Shown one piece after another: positions 38,403 to 50,011 of a DNA stretch of 64,000 nucleotides. Each line of letters opens with the position of its first letter. Positions within the stretch are counted from its first letter, which is position 1. The position numbers and the translations under genes were made by a program. The DNA lies in contig NC_043008.1 of the NCBI RefSeq assembly GCF_006345805.1, forward strand, positions 59,210,001-59,274,000, written 5' to 3'. The DNA comes from Octopus sinensis (taxonomy: Eukaryota). A model generated the notes under the pieces. The model did no database searches and was not told the origin of the DNA. It worked only from the letters and a program-made list of their open reading frames with translations.

Positions 38403-39999
38403 CTTGTTTTATTTATATTTCCTGAGCGCCATACTAATACAATTGTTCGTTTGTTTTCCACCTGCCTTCGTCTTTTGTTTATTTTCATAAAGCTTCCCGT
38501 TATATATTATGCGCTCACGTGGTCTCACTTCCATCCTATATTCTACCAATACCACTATCAACACTTACCTCTACCTTGGATTTCTTTACCTCTTGGATAC
38601 TTACCATTGGCTGCACCTCTCTTTCGCGGATCAAAGTGACTTTGCATTGATGTGAAATCCTTAAAAAATATACCACGACGTCTACACATTTCTCACCTTG
38701 AACTTTCAACCTTGAACTTGTTCGCATAAACTGTCCCCGTTTGTTGTATTTTTATTTCCTCTTATATTACCACTTTTTTACATTCATTTCATGCTTCCCA
38801 CATTTTCCTGAATTTTGTTCTCCTTCCCGTCTTTCTTCCTTCTCTGGATGTCCATACTCCGTTTCCTCTGCCTGCACCCCCCTTTTTTGCCTCCCCCTCT
38901 CTCTGCTTCCCTTCTTTCTTTCCCTTTTTTTCGTTTGCCCCGTCTTTTCTGTTCTGCCCCTATCGCTTACTTATCTAGTTTTTTCATACGATTATTATTT
39001 TTTGTTTTTTTTGAACGTTTGTTTTTTTTCCCCTTTTTCGCTATCCTTTTTATCTATTTTTTCATACGATAATTTTTTTTTGTTTTTTTTTTTTTTTTTG
39101 TTTTTTCGAACGTTTTTTTTTCCGCTATCCCCATCATGCCGGATCCTAGGTCCTACCTCCTCACTCTCCATCACCGTTTGAAGGATCATCTACGTTCGCT
39201 TCCTGTATATTGCCTTCAGCCGTCCGTTAATCTCTCTCTACTTCTTTTTAAAAAACCCGCTTCTCTAGCCATGTCTCTTTCCTAAGCCGCTGCCTACATC
39301 ACTGACTCATCCCTAAAGGTTTCCGCCTCCACTTCCACCCTGCTCTCCACTCGGATTCTTCCATCTTACCCATACTCCGCACCACATCTTACCGCCTTAT
39401 GCGGCCACCATTCGCTCCAATCTCTCCAAACTACATGCCCTCAACCGCCTTCTTCCTCCTGCTTTCTCCACCTTCTTCTCCTCTCTGCTCTCTGCCGCCC
39501 TCTATGCTCCAAACACGCTACGCTTCATTATCCATTTGAATCAACTCTTCCATCAATTTCTTTCTGATACCAAACTTCGTAAACTCCAATCACTCTTCCA
39601 TTCCACCCTACCCGACGCCACACTACCCCAACTCCTCCACCACCCTCCTCCCCTCCCGATAGGCTCCATCCACCCCACACCTAACCCCACTGCCCCTCCC
39701 TACAACCCCTTCTCTCTCCCCTCCCGTTAGGCTCCTCCACCTACACCTAACCCTACTACCCTACTGCCCCGCCCAACCACCCCCACACCACCTCTCCAAT
39801 CCCTCCCCCTCAGACCTCCACGAGACCTACCACCCCTCCTACTTCTATTCCATCCACCCTTCTCCACTTCCGTCTGTTGTTACCATTCCCCCCGATCTTC
39901 CCCTCTCTGCGGCTGAACGCTCCGTCCTTGGTAGGGGTCTGCGTTCATCCCCCTCCCCCTCACTTCCTGTAAGGAATTCCAGACGCGAGTTGATGTCCA

Positions 40000-42060
40000 C
40001 AGCTTTGTGCGCCGTGTCCGGTTGGGTGCGCATTACCACGACTCGCCACCCACACCCAACGAAGAGGACGACTGCTTCACTGGCCTGGGCCGCCGACCAT
40101 CCCCGTGGACGCCTGCCCCTGGCCAGATCCTAGCAGTGGATCTTTTCGCGGGCGCTTGTCAGCGTGCATTGGAGCGGTTCAACTTCTCCAGGCGCCAACG
40201 CCGCCGCCTCAACATCTCCCCGGCTGAGCTCTTGGCTCTTCGTTCCCCCAACGGCGCGCTGACATTATCATCAAACCGGCTGACAAGGGTGGAGCTGTAG
40301 TGGTGTGGCGCGCGGACCTCTATAGGGCCGAGGCTTTCCGCCAACTCAATGACACCACCTCCTTCTATTCCCCTCTGCCCTCTAACCCCACACGTAGCTA
40401 CCAACAGACGGTATCCTCTACTGTCCAGACCTCATCTCGTCCTCCCGTCTCCCCGCACCGCATCCAACCTAATTGTGCGAACCCCACGTACCCCCACCAT
40501 TTACTTCCTCCCCAAAATCCACAAACCCAACAACCCTGGCCGCCCCATCGTCTCCGCCTGTAACTGCCCCACGGAGCTCATCTCTAAATACCTCCCGTGT
40601 CCTTGCCCCCCTAGTGGCATCTCTTCCCTCCCACATCCACGATACCAACCATGCTCTCCGGCTTTTCAACTCTTTCTCCTTTCCTCCCCCTCCCGCTCCT
40701 CCAAAATCCTTTTTACTATGGACATCCAAAGCCTCTATACTGTTATCCCTCACCACGAAGAACTGCAGGCCCTTCGACACTTTCTTGACCTCCGCTCTAA
40801 CCCTGTACCTGACACCTCCACACTCATTCGTCTGGCCGAACTTGTCCTTACTCTGAACTGCTTCTCGTTCGCGGGCGAGTTCTACCATCAGGTCTCGGAG
40901 TGGCCATGGGAACGCGAATGGGCCCCAACTATGCGAACCTGTTCGTTGCTATGTTGAGGCCCAAATATTCTCTAATTTCACTGGTCCCACTCCTGAACTA
41001 TATGGTCGTTATATTGACGACATTATCGGTGCCCCACCTCACTCTCCCGCGAACATCTAGATTCCTTCCTCTCTTTTCGTCCAATCTTTCCATCCAGCCC
41101 TCCACTTCACTTCCACTATCTCCAACACCTCTGTCTCCTTCCTCGACATTTCGGTTAGCATTCTTCACTCCTCTTATACCACCTCCATTCACTACCACAC
41201 ACAGACTCACACTCATACCTCAACTTCTCTTTTCCTCCCACCCAGAACACACCAAGCTTTCCATCCCCTATTCCCAATTCCTCCGTCTACGTAGGCTCTG
41301 TAGTGACGACCATGACTTTGAGACTCAGTCTCAACGTATGGCTCACCACTTCACCGTACGTGGATACCCCCACCCCCTCACCACTATCCACAACCGCCCT
41401 TGCCAGAGCACGGTCCGTGGACCGTGTATCTGCTCTCTCTCCCCGAACCCGCCCTGTAGTCTCCCCCCCTCCCTTTTCCCCCCTCACTTACCACCCCACG
41501 ACCCTACGTCTCCAACGCACCATTCTTCGAGCTTTCCGTCACTCCAGTCCGACCCGTCCACTTCACACCTCTTCTCCTAACCGACCCCTCCTCCCCTCTT
41601 TCAAACGAGCCCACAACTTCGAGACCTTTTGGTCCATAGCTCCTTCCCTGACCCTACCTCCCACCCGGCTCGTTCCCCTGCTCCCGCCCACGTTGCCGCA
41701 CTTGCCCTTACCTCTCCAACACACCACCCGCCTCACTAGCACCCACCATCGACCCTATCCCCTCATCCTCCACTCCTTCACCTGCACCTCCAGCAATATT
41801 ATCTATTGCAATCTCTTGCTCTCTCTGCAATTCCTTGTACATCGGACAACGGGACGCCGCTTGGCTGACCGGTTCGCGGAACAACCTTCGTGACATCCAC
41901 CTTGCGAACGACACACCCCGGTCTCACGCCATTTCCGCTCCACCGGTCACTCCTTGCAACACCTATCTGTGTTCGGTTTGTCCTTACACAGACAGAGGCC
42001 ATCCGGATTCCCGTTTGCGCCGTGAACAGGAATTAATCTTCTCTCTTCGCTCTTATACGC
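40000..42060 (+). pseudogene. Frameshifted Penelope RT + C-terminal GIY-YIG endonuclease
   Basis: IYFLPKIHKPNNPGRPIVS, MDIQSLYT, MAMGTRMGPNYANLF, YIDD (41010-41021), SIPYSQFLRLRRLCS, GYP, FTCTSSNIIYC and TGRRLADRFAE in shifting frames. Confidence 0.93.
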
Positions 42061-43016
42061 CATTTGGTCTCAACTCTCCCCCCCCTCCTCATCTAACCTC
42101 ACACCCTCACCCCCCTCCTCATCTATCCTTTCTCTTTCCCCCCCCCGACCCTACTTCTTCAGTCCTTCATCCTTTCACCCCTACTCACCCCCCTCTCCCT
42201 TCTTCCCTCTTTCTCCCTCCCTCTTTCCCCTTCCCTCTTCCCCTTCCCTCTGCTCCCTCACTTCCCTCACTCCTCTCCCTCTCTCCCCTCCTCTCCTCTC
42301 TCTCCCCCCTCTCCCTCTTCTCCCTCTTCCCTCCTTTCCTCCCTCTCTTCATCCTCTCCTTCCCTCTTTCCTCCTTCCCCCTCTCCCCTTCCTTCTCCCC
42401 CCTCTCCTCCCCCTCTTCTCCCCTCCCCTTCTCTCCCCTCTCTCTCCCCCTCTTCTCCCCTCCCCCTCTTCTCCTCACTACACCACATGACTTTACACAT
42501 CACACATCACATGATGTGCCATACTAATACCACACACCAACTAATACATACTAATACGTACTAATACATACTAGTACATACTAATACTTACAACCAACCC
42601 TATACATACACACGTCAGACCCCGCATACGCACTTATACTCTCTCTCACACACACACACACACACTATACATACCAATACGTACTAATACATACTAATAC
42701 ATACACCAACCCCATACATACGCACGTCCAGACCAATCTTACGCACTAATACTCTCTCATACACACACACACACACACCCTTATACATACTAATACATAC
42801 ACCAACCCTATACATACACACATCCAGACCCCTCCCACACGCACTTTTAGCTGTTCCCTCAACCCTTTTATCAACCCTATTATCTCCCCTTATTTCGCTC
42901 TCGCGTCTCATGTTTGATCTTGACCTCTGGCCGAAATCAGATCGCCATGTTGATTCGTTAGCTACTGCACGCATTTTTTCTCTCCTCTTCTTTCTGTGTT
43001 TTTCTCTCTCTGTGTA

Positions 43017-43054
43017 TCTTTCTGTTGAAGAGCGTAGGCTCGAAACGTTAAAGA
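43017..43054 (+). ncRNA. Minimal type-I hammerhead motif with CUGUUGA core (family b)
   Basis: Identical to 38365-38402. Confidence 0.7.
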
Positions 43055-43769
43055 CTTGTTTTATTTATATTTCCTGAGGCGCCATACTAATACAATTGTT
43101 CGTTTGTTTTCCACCTGCCTTCGTCTTTTGTTTATTTTCATAAAGCTTCCCGTTATATATATATACATATATATATATATTATTTTACATTTTGATTTTC
43201 CAGATTCTCCTTATGGCTTAGGAAAATAAACTTCATCATCAATATTTCTAAAACTTCACTGTCTCACCTACACGATGAAGTGAAATTGGTGTGTATTGCT
43301 GTGTATTGCTGTGTATTGCTGTGTATTGCTTCTTTGATTGCATCGAAATTGCACTAGAGCCTATATTTGTGCTGATCTACGTTGCCATTCTAGAAAACAA
43401 AACATTTCAGTTGTGTGGTCTGGAGCAGCGTGAAATAAGGGCCTAGCAAAACATGAGAATATTTGGAGGCAGAAAGAAATAAATTATGATGTGTCTGTTT
43501 CTATCATCTGTGGTCATCTCTGAGTGTAACACTCACCAAACTAAATGCAATTGATTTAAACAAAAAAGATTGCTACCACGAAGCAACTGACCTGGGGTCA
43601 CAGTGCAGATTTTTACCACTGCTCTATGGGGGCGAAGGAGAAAAAATTTACAGCAACCAACAGGACGAAGGCAGGAAAAAAATGCGGGATCCAAAGACAA
43701 AGATTAAGTCCAAAATGGAAGCAAATTAAAATTTAGAATTTCTTCGCAAAGTTGGAAGGAAACTGATCT

Positions 43770-44460
43770 TTTTTACTCTTTTACTTGTTTCAGTCATTTG
43801 ACTGTAGCCATGCTGAAGCACCGCCTTTAGTCGAGCAAATCGAACCCAGGACTTATTCTTTGTAAACCTAGTACTTATTCTATCGGTGCATTTTGCCGAA
43901 CCGCTAAATTACGGGGAACGTAAACACACCAGCATCGATTGTCAAACGTAAGGTAAACATAGATACACGTGCACACGCAAACACAAACACTCACACACAT
44001 ACATACTCACACACACACACACACACACACGCACACACACAGAGTTTCTGTCTATCAAATTCACTCACAAGGCGCAGGCGTGGCTGTGAGGTAAGAAGCT
44101 TGCTTCCGAGCCATATGGTTCCGGATTCAGTCCCACTGCGTGGAATCTTGGGCAAGTGTCTTCTACTATAGACTCGGGCCGACCGGAGCCTTTTGAGTGA
44201 ATTTGTGAGATGGTAACGGAAAGAAGCTCGTCGTATATATATGTATATATTTGAGTGCTTGTGTTTGTTACCACTGCTATTGCTTGACAGTCGATGGTGG
44301 TGTGTTTACGTCCCCATAAAATAGCGGTTCGGCAATAGAGATAGAGTAAGTTCTAGGCTTACAAAGAATAATTTCTGGGGTCGATTTGTTCAACTAAAGC
44401 CCCTTAAGGTGGTGCTCAAGCATGGCCGCAGTTAAATAACTGAAGAAAGTAAAAGAAAAG
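43770..44460. mobile_element. SINE family B composite: minus-oriented partial copy followed by a plus-oriented copy
   Basis: ttactcttttacttgtttcagtc at 43773; aggcgcaggcgtggctgtgaggtaag at 44070; gaaagtaaaaga at about 44455. Confidence 0.75.
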
Positions 44461-44577
44461 GCATTGGTCGGTCCGAAGCCATAGTAGAGGATGATTGTCC
44501 AATGTACCTCGCAGCGAGACCGAACCTTAAATTGCTTGGTTGCAAAGCAATTTTTCTTTAACTACAAAGCCATGGCT

Positions 44578-44949
44578 TTATTACGTCCGCCTTAGCGAAG
44601 GCGAGGGTATTGTTTTACGGTCGTGTTTGTTTGTTTGTCCGTGGACAAGATATCTCAAGAACCGCTAGATGGATTCGGATGAAACTTTCAGAGATGTTTG
44701 GCATCGTGACTGGCACGAACTGATTAGATTTTGAGATCGATCTGATACCGGACAAGGATTCTGGATTACTTTTCCATTTTTTCTTTTTTTTTACTTAATG
44801 TTTTAGAGCAGTCGATTTCATTTTTAGTATTATCGTTTTTGAGAGCAGTCGAGTTTATTTCAGATATTCTCATTTTAAAAATCCTTTCCGGCTAATCGTT
44901 GGCGTTGCCTTGGCGGAGTTTTGCACTCTCTGGGCGCTCTTTTTTACTT
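44578..44949 (+). mobile_element. Non-autonomous Helentron/DINE-like (HINE) element
   Basis: 5-prime ttattacgtccgccttag, (TTTG)n tract, ggattcggatgaaacttt and gattagattttg blocks, 3-prime ccttggcggag subterminal inverted repeat followed by gcactctctgggcgct. Confidence 0.65.
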
Positions 44950-46739
44950 ATATAGTTCTCGAGTTATTGACATAAGATGGATGGACAGGAAAATAAAATC
45001 TCCTAAGATTCAAAATCAAAATGTAAATTTGGGTGATATTTTGAACAAAGGAATTTAACGTAAAGTACTTAATTTAAACACTAAAAAAGAAAAAAAGACC
45101 ATGGCCAACACCACACAGTGTCGCAAATTAGATATATTATATTTTCAGATAACTAAGATCTAAAATCCACACTGTTAATGAAAATTATGTTTGAGAGTAT
45201 CAGAATTTTCATTTTTTGGCCCGTTAAATGATTTACTGTTCCTATTCGATTAGGGATTTTCAGAAAACTTAATTCAATTAAAAAAAGAGAGAATTAGGAA
45301 AAAATAATATATAAGCAGAACAAAAATAAGAACTATGAAGGAAAATTAATTTTTGAAGCGAATTAAACAATATGTTTATCTTTTGCGGGAATTGTGCTTC
45401 GTATGCTTATAAGATGTCAGTTCTTAAGTACCCAGTTGATCTATTTGATTGTAAGCACTTATAGAAATCTTGATAAATTTATATTAAATATGTTAACAAT
45501 GTTGTTTTTCTTCTTACTTCTGTTTGTAAAGATGTTTTTATTATCAGTTTCTATAACTTTTTGTGCGTATTTCAAGTCCCTTTTTTCTTTCTTTCTTTCT
45601 CGACTTTTTTTTATTTGTTTCTTCGGTTTTCTTTTTTCCCCAGTTTGTATTCTACTGGTGAAGCGACTGATGTTAATTTTTAATTTTCCACAAACAGAAT
45701 TAGTATTTAAGAGACTTGAAAAAAACAAAAAAAGATTAGTTAAACTGTATATGAAGATAATTCACTTATATAATGTCGTCCCTAACATTATACACGGGTT
45801 CCTATCAGATTTCAGTGAAATAGCCTTTTCTTCCTCTTAAAAGATTTCACACGGTTCAGCATCTACTCTGGATGTTTTGATAGTCACGTCAATTGTCGCT
45901 CCGAAGAGGAAGTTATAATTTAATCTCCATTACATAGTTTTATAACCAAAACACGTGAAGATTCAAAACTGCTGTCATGAAAGATTAATTTAATGTAACT
46001 CAATTATTTTTCCTTCTCCTGTTGCACAACAAATTAGACTTAAACAATGGAAAACGGTAACATATTTCTGATAAAAGGAAAATGTAAATATTTTCTTCCT
46101 AATGCTCATCATCTTGAAACATTTTCTCCTTTAATGTGCGAGCGAAAATTTTGTAAATAATAATTATAAGCATTCACAATATATTAGCTATAGAAAATAT
46201 TCTGGTACTGGAGCATATAAACTCTCGGCGAAAAAAAATTGATATTAGTATGCGTGGGAATCGAACCCACGCTTCTTATTTTCCCAGATAAGTGTGTTGA
46301 CCGATTAAACCAACTTCCCCACGAATTCCCGCTAGATTGAAGAACTGTTGCGTAAACAATCAAACGTGAATATTTTCCGTAAAATTAAGAAATGGTGACA
46401 AATGAAAAATCTGTAAATAATGATAATCATAAGTTTTAAGATAATAAGGGTTCACCGTGTATTGACTAAAGAGCATACTCTAATATTGGAGCATATAAGC
46501 CCTCGACGAAAACAAAAATGAGTATTAATACAATTAGGAATTGAACCCACACTTCCGTATATATAGTTTTAAGATATATCTCACAGATGCTCTGGGATGC
46601 TTTGTCAGTGACGTTTCTGGGGTCCCGGGATTCTCGCATCTTTCAACATCAAACCCTTCACCTAATTATATATGTGTGTGTGTGCGTGTGTGCGTGCGTG
46701 TGTGTGTGTGCGTGCGGTGTGTGTGTGTGTGTATGCATG

Positions 46740-46781
<42 letters not shown>

Positions 46782-47321
46782 ATATATATATAATATATAT
46801 ATATATATCCTACTATAATTTAAGTGATGTTTCTCGGTCCGTTCGTAAACTCCTCCTAGGCTGTTGATGCAAGGACAACGAAACTCAAACCAGTAACTCC
46901 TCTGATCTCAGGAAATGTCTATTTTCTTAAGGACCACCTAATTGAGGCCCCATTGAACCCCGCCTCCTATTTTTTCTGCATTTTAAATTAAATGCATGGT
47001 ATTAACGACCAAATCGGAGCAATGACAATGAATTTCATACCATGAACTCCAAGGGAGTATCGTAAGGAGGTTCAATTTCTGAAGGGCCGTTTAAATGGGG
47101 ACCCACTGCCCCCCACCTATTTTTATTGCATTTACCTCGCTCTTACGCTTATTGTTTAAACTATGATCAACATCAGTGCTTAGCACATTTGCAGAAATAA
47201 GCTTGGGCATTCTAAATACCTTCATGTGCAATTCAAATCGAGATAAAGTGTTATAACAGGTACATTTCAAGTGTGGTAGTGTGGATATTTATATTTTGTA
47301 GTTTATGAAACTTATGCCTAG

Positions 47322-47354
<33 letters not shown>

Positions 47355-47974
47355 GTTCCAAGAAAGTTAGAGGTTGTGAATCCAACCAACTAAGGGATAA
47401 TATATATCCAATATACTGCTGGTAGAATACCCAATTATTAATACACAAGTGTTTTTTATTGCATTGCAATTACATTACCGAGTGTACTAAATGAGTGAAG
47501 TGGTGAAGGTAAAGAGATGTTTTACCATTAATTTATAGATAAATAAGAATGTATTTGTATATAAGTATGTATATTCTTGTAGTTGTCATTTTCGTAAATA
47601 AATAAATAAGTTGACATAATATAATGTCTAAAAGTTGATGAACCACCTATTGATCCACTCCATATATATATATATATATATATATATATTTCAACAATGA
47701 GGGCAAAATTAATTAATTATTATTAACAATTTCACCAAGTGTTCAGTATGCAAAGGGACCATTCAAGGCGAATTCAAATTATTACATTATATAAAAGGGC
47801 TTAGTAAAATAAATTACTTTGCCGCATACTGAACTCATTAGATAGCAGCTAAAAAACTTTTTTAAGGCTATTTCTAATACTTAAAGAAAATCTCTCTCAT
47901 ATATAGTGTTTGCATAATTTAACTCACAAAAGTTTGGGGGTAATGACATCGAAAAATCAAATGCTAAGGTTATT

Positions 47975-48026
47975 CGAGAACGTACGTTTCAAGATTAGTC
48001 AAAACAACATTTCTATCATCGGCTCG
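47975..48026 (-). ncRNA. Type-I hammerhead motif (family c, CCGAUGA core)
   Basis: Minus: cgag CCGATGA taga-aat-gtt-gtttt-gac-taa-tctt GAAAC gtac GTT ctcg. Confidence 0.65.
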
Positions 48027-48813
48027 GAAATTCCTTGTTTGGATTTGGAAACACTGAAAATAAGAACATACCCTCTCGAAGATCTGCTCCCAACTAACAG
48101 TGTCAACAAATTCAAAATAAGCAAGCGAAGAATCTCTGTTCTCCCCTTTCCACCAGCGTGGGTTAAAATCATCAAACTCTATGCTTATTTCGGTAAAGTC
48201 CGAAGCATTAATCAGAGGGAGATTAATTATAATTTCAACAATTGAGGGCAAAATTAATTAATTATTATTAATCAATTTCACCAAGTGTTCAGTATGCAAA
48301 GGGACCATTCAAGGCGAATTCAAATTATTACATTATATAAAAGGGCTTAGTAAAATAAATTACTTTGCCGCATACTGAACTCATTAGAAATAGCAGCTAA
48401 AAAACTTTTTTAAGTATTAGAAATAGCCTTAAAAAAGTTTTTTAGCTGCTATTTCTAATGAGTTCAGTATGCGGCAAAGTAATTTATTTTACTAAGCCCT
48501 TTTATATAATGTAATAATTTGAATTCGCCTTGAATGGTCCCTTTGCATACTGAACACTTGGTGAAATTGATTAATAATAATTAATTAATTTTGCCCTCAA
48601 TTGTTGAAATTATAATTAATCTCCCTCTGATTAATGCTTCGGACTTTACCGAAATAAGCATAGAGTTTGATGATTTTAACCCACGCTGGTGGAAAGGGGA
48701 GAACAGAGATTCTTCGCTTGCTATTTTGAATTTGTTGACACTGTTAGTTGGAGCAGATATTCGAGAGGGTATGTTCTTATTTTCAGTGTTTCAAATCCAA
48801 ACCAAGGAATTTC

Positions 48814-48865
48814 CGAGCCGATGATAGGAATGTTGTTTTGACTAATCTTGAAACGTACGTTCTCG
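48814..48865 (+). ncRNA. Type-I hammerhead motif (family c, CCGAUGA core)
   Basis: cgag CCGATGA taggaatgttgttttgactaatctt GAAAC gtac GTT ctcg. Confidence 0.65.
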
Positions 48866-49055
48866 AATAACCTTAGCATTCGATGTCATTACCCCCAAAC
48901 TTTTGTGAGTTAAATTATGCAAACACTATATATGAGAGAGATTTTCTTTAAGTATTAGAAATAGCCTTAAAAAAGTTTTTTAGCTGCTATTTCTAATGAG
49001 TTCAGTATGCGGCAAAGTAATTTATTTTACTAAGCCCTTTTATATAATATATATA

Positions 49056-49120
<65 letters not shown>

Positions 49121-49277
49121 AAGCAATAAGAAAATGGAGTGGATCAATAGGTGGTTCATCAACTTTTAGACATTATATTATGTCAACTTATTTATTTATT
49201 TACGAAAATGACAACTACAAGAATATACATACTTATATACAAATACATTCTTATTTATCTATAAATTAATGGTAAAA

Positions 49278-49350
<73 letters not shown>

Positions 49351-49607
49351 ATTAGCGCCAGAAATCAGTGTTAATACCAAAAGGTAATACCTATATCAAA
49401 CTTACCGGTGATGTTATGTCCAAACGCCGAGTACTGCGGTATTCGCTTGAGAGGTCATCTCATAAAGACGCAGATGCATAAAAGCTACACACGTGTGCGC
49501 GCGCAAGCACGTATACATATATCGTTAGTAAACGAAAATCGTTAGTTGAGGTGCCGGAACTGCCAGAGCCCGTGATTTCAATGTACTTTGTCACATACCT
49601 TTGTCAA

Positions 49608-50011
49608 GGCGCAGCAGTGGCTGTGTGGTAAGTAGCTTGCTAACCAACCACATGGTTCCGGGTTCAGTCCCACTGCGTGGCATCTTGGGCAAGTGTCTTC
49701 TGCTATAGCCCCGGGCCGACCAATGCCTTGTGAGTGGATTTGGCAGACGGAAACTGAAAGAAGCCTGTCGCATATATGTATATATATATATGAGTGTGTG
49801 TGTATATGTTTGTGTGTCTGTGTTTGTCCCCCTAGCATTGCTTGACAACCGATGCTGGTGTGTTTACGTCCCCGTCACTTAGCGGTTCGGCAAAAGCGAC
49901 CGATAGAATAAGTACTGGGCTTACAAGGCATAAGTCCCGGGGTTGATTTTCTCGACTAAAGGCGGTGCTCCAGCATGGCCGCAGTCAAATGACTGAAACA
50001 AGTAAAAGAGT
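49608..50011 (+). mobile_element. SINE family B, full length
   Basis: Nearly identical to 17185-17607 in reverse complement. Confidence 0.9.

Larger units (their letters stand above)
37709..43153 (+). mobile_element. Near full-length Penelope-like retroelement with direct terminal repeats
   Basis: About 37770-38500 repeated at about 42410-43153, both ending aagcttcccgt; RT and GIY-YIG motifs between; (TA)n on both flanks. Confidence 0.93.
47690..49047. mobile_element. Tandem + fold-back array of a 545-bp hammerhead-bearing unit, related to 29170-30344
   Basis: gagggc at 47699 and 48244; inversion at about 48411; shared ctcccctttccaccagcgtgggttaaaat and gagaacgtacgttt blocks. Confidence 0.9.

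Noticed and set aside
43289-43330. (GTGTATTGCT)x4 tandem repeat
   Set aside because: Ordinary short slippage repeat
45394-45900. 148-aa plus ORF and Lys-rich minus ORF
   Set aside because: Compositionally biased with no identifiable domain; possibly an old transposon relic but unsupported
47910-48251. 111-aa and 93-aa ORFs in the 545-bp unit
   Set aside because: Not kept open in the related unit at 29 kb nor in the inverted copy; at most a relic of a parent element's C-terminus
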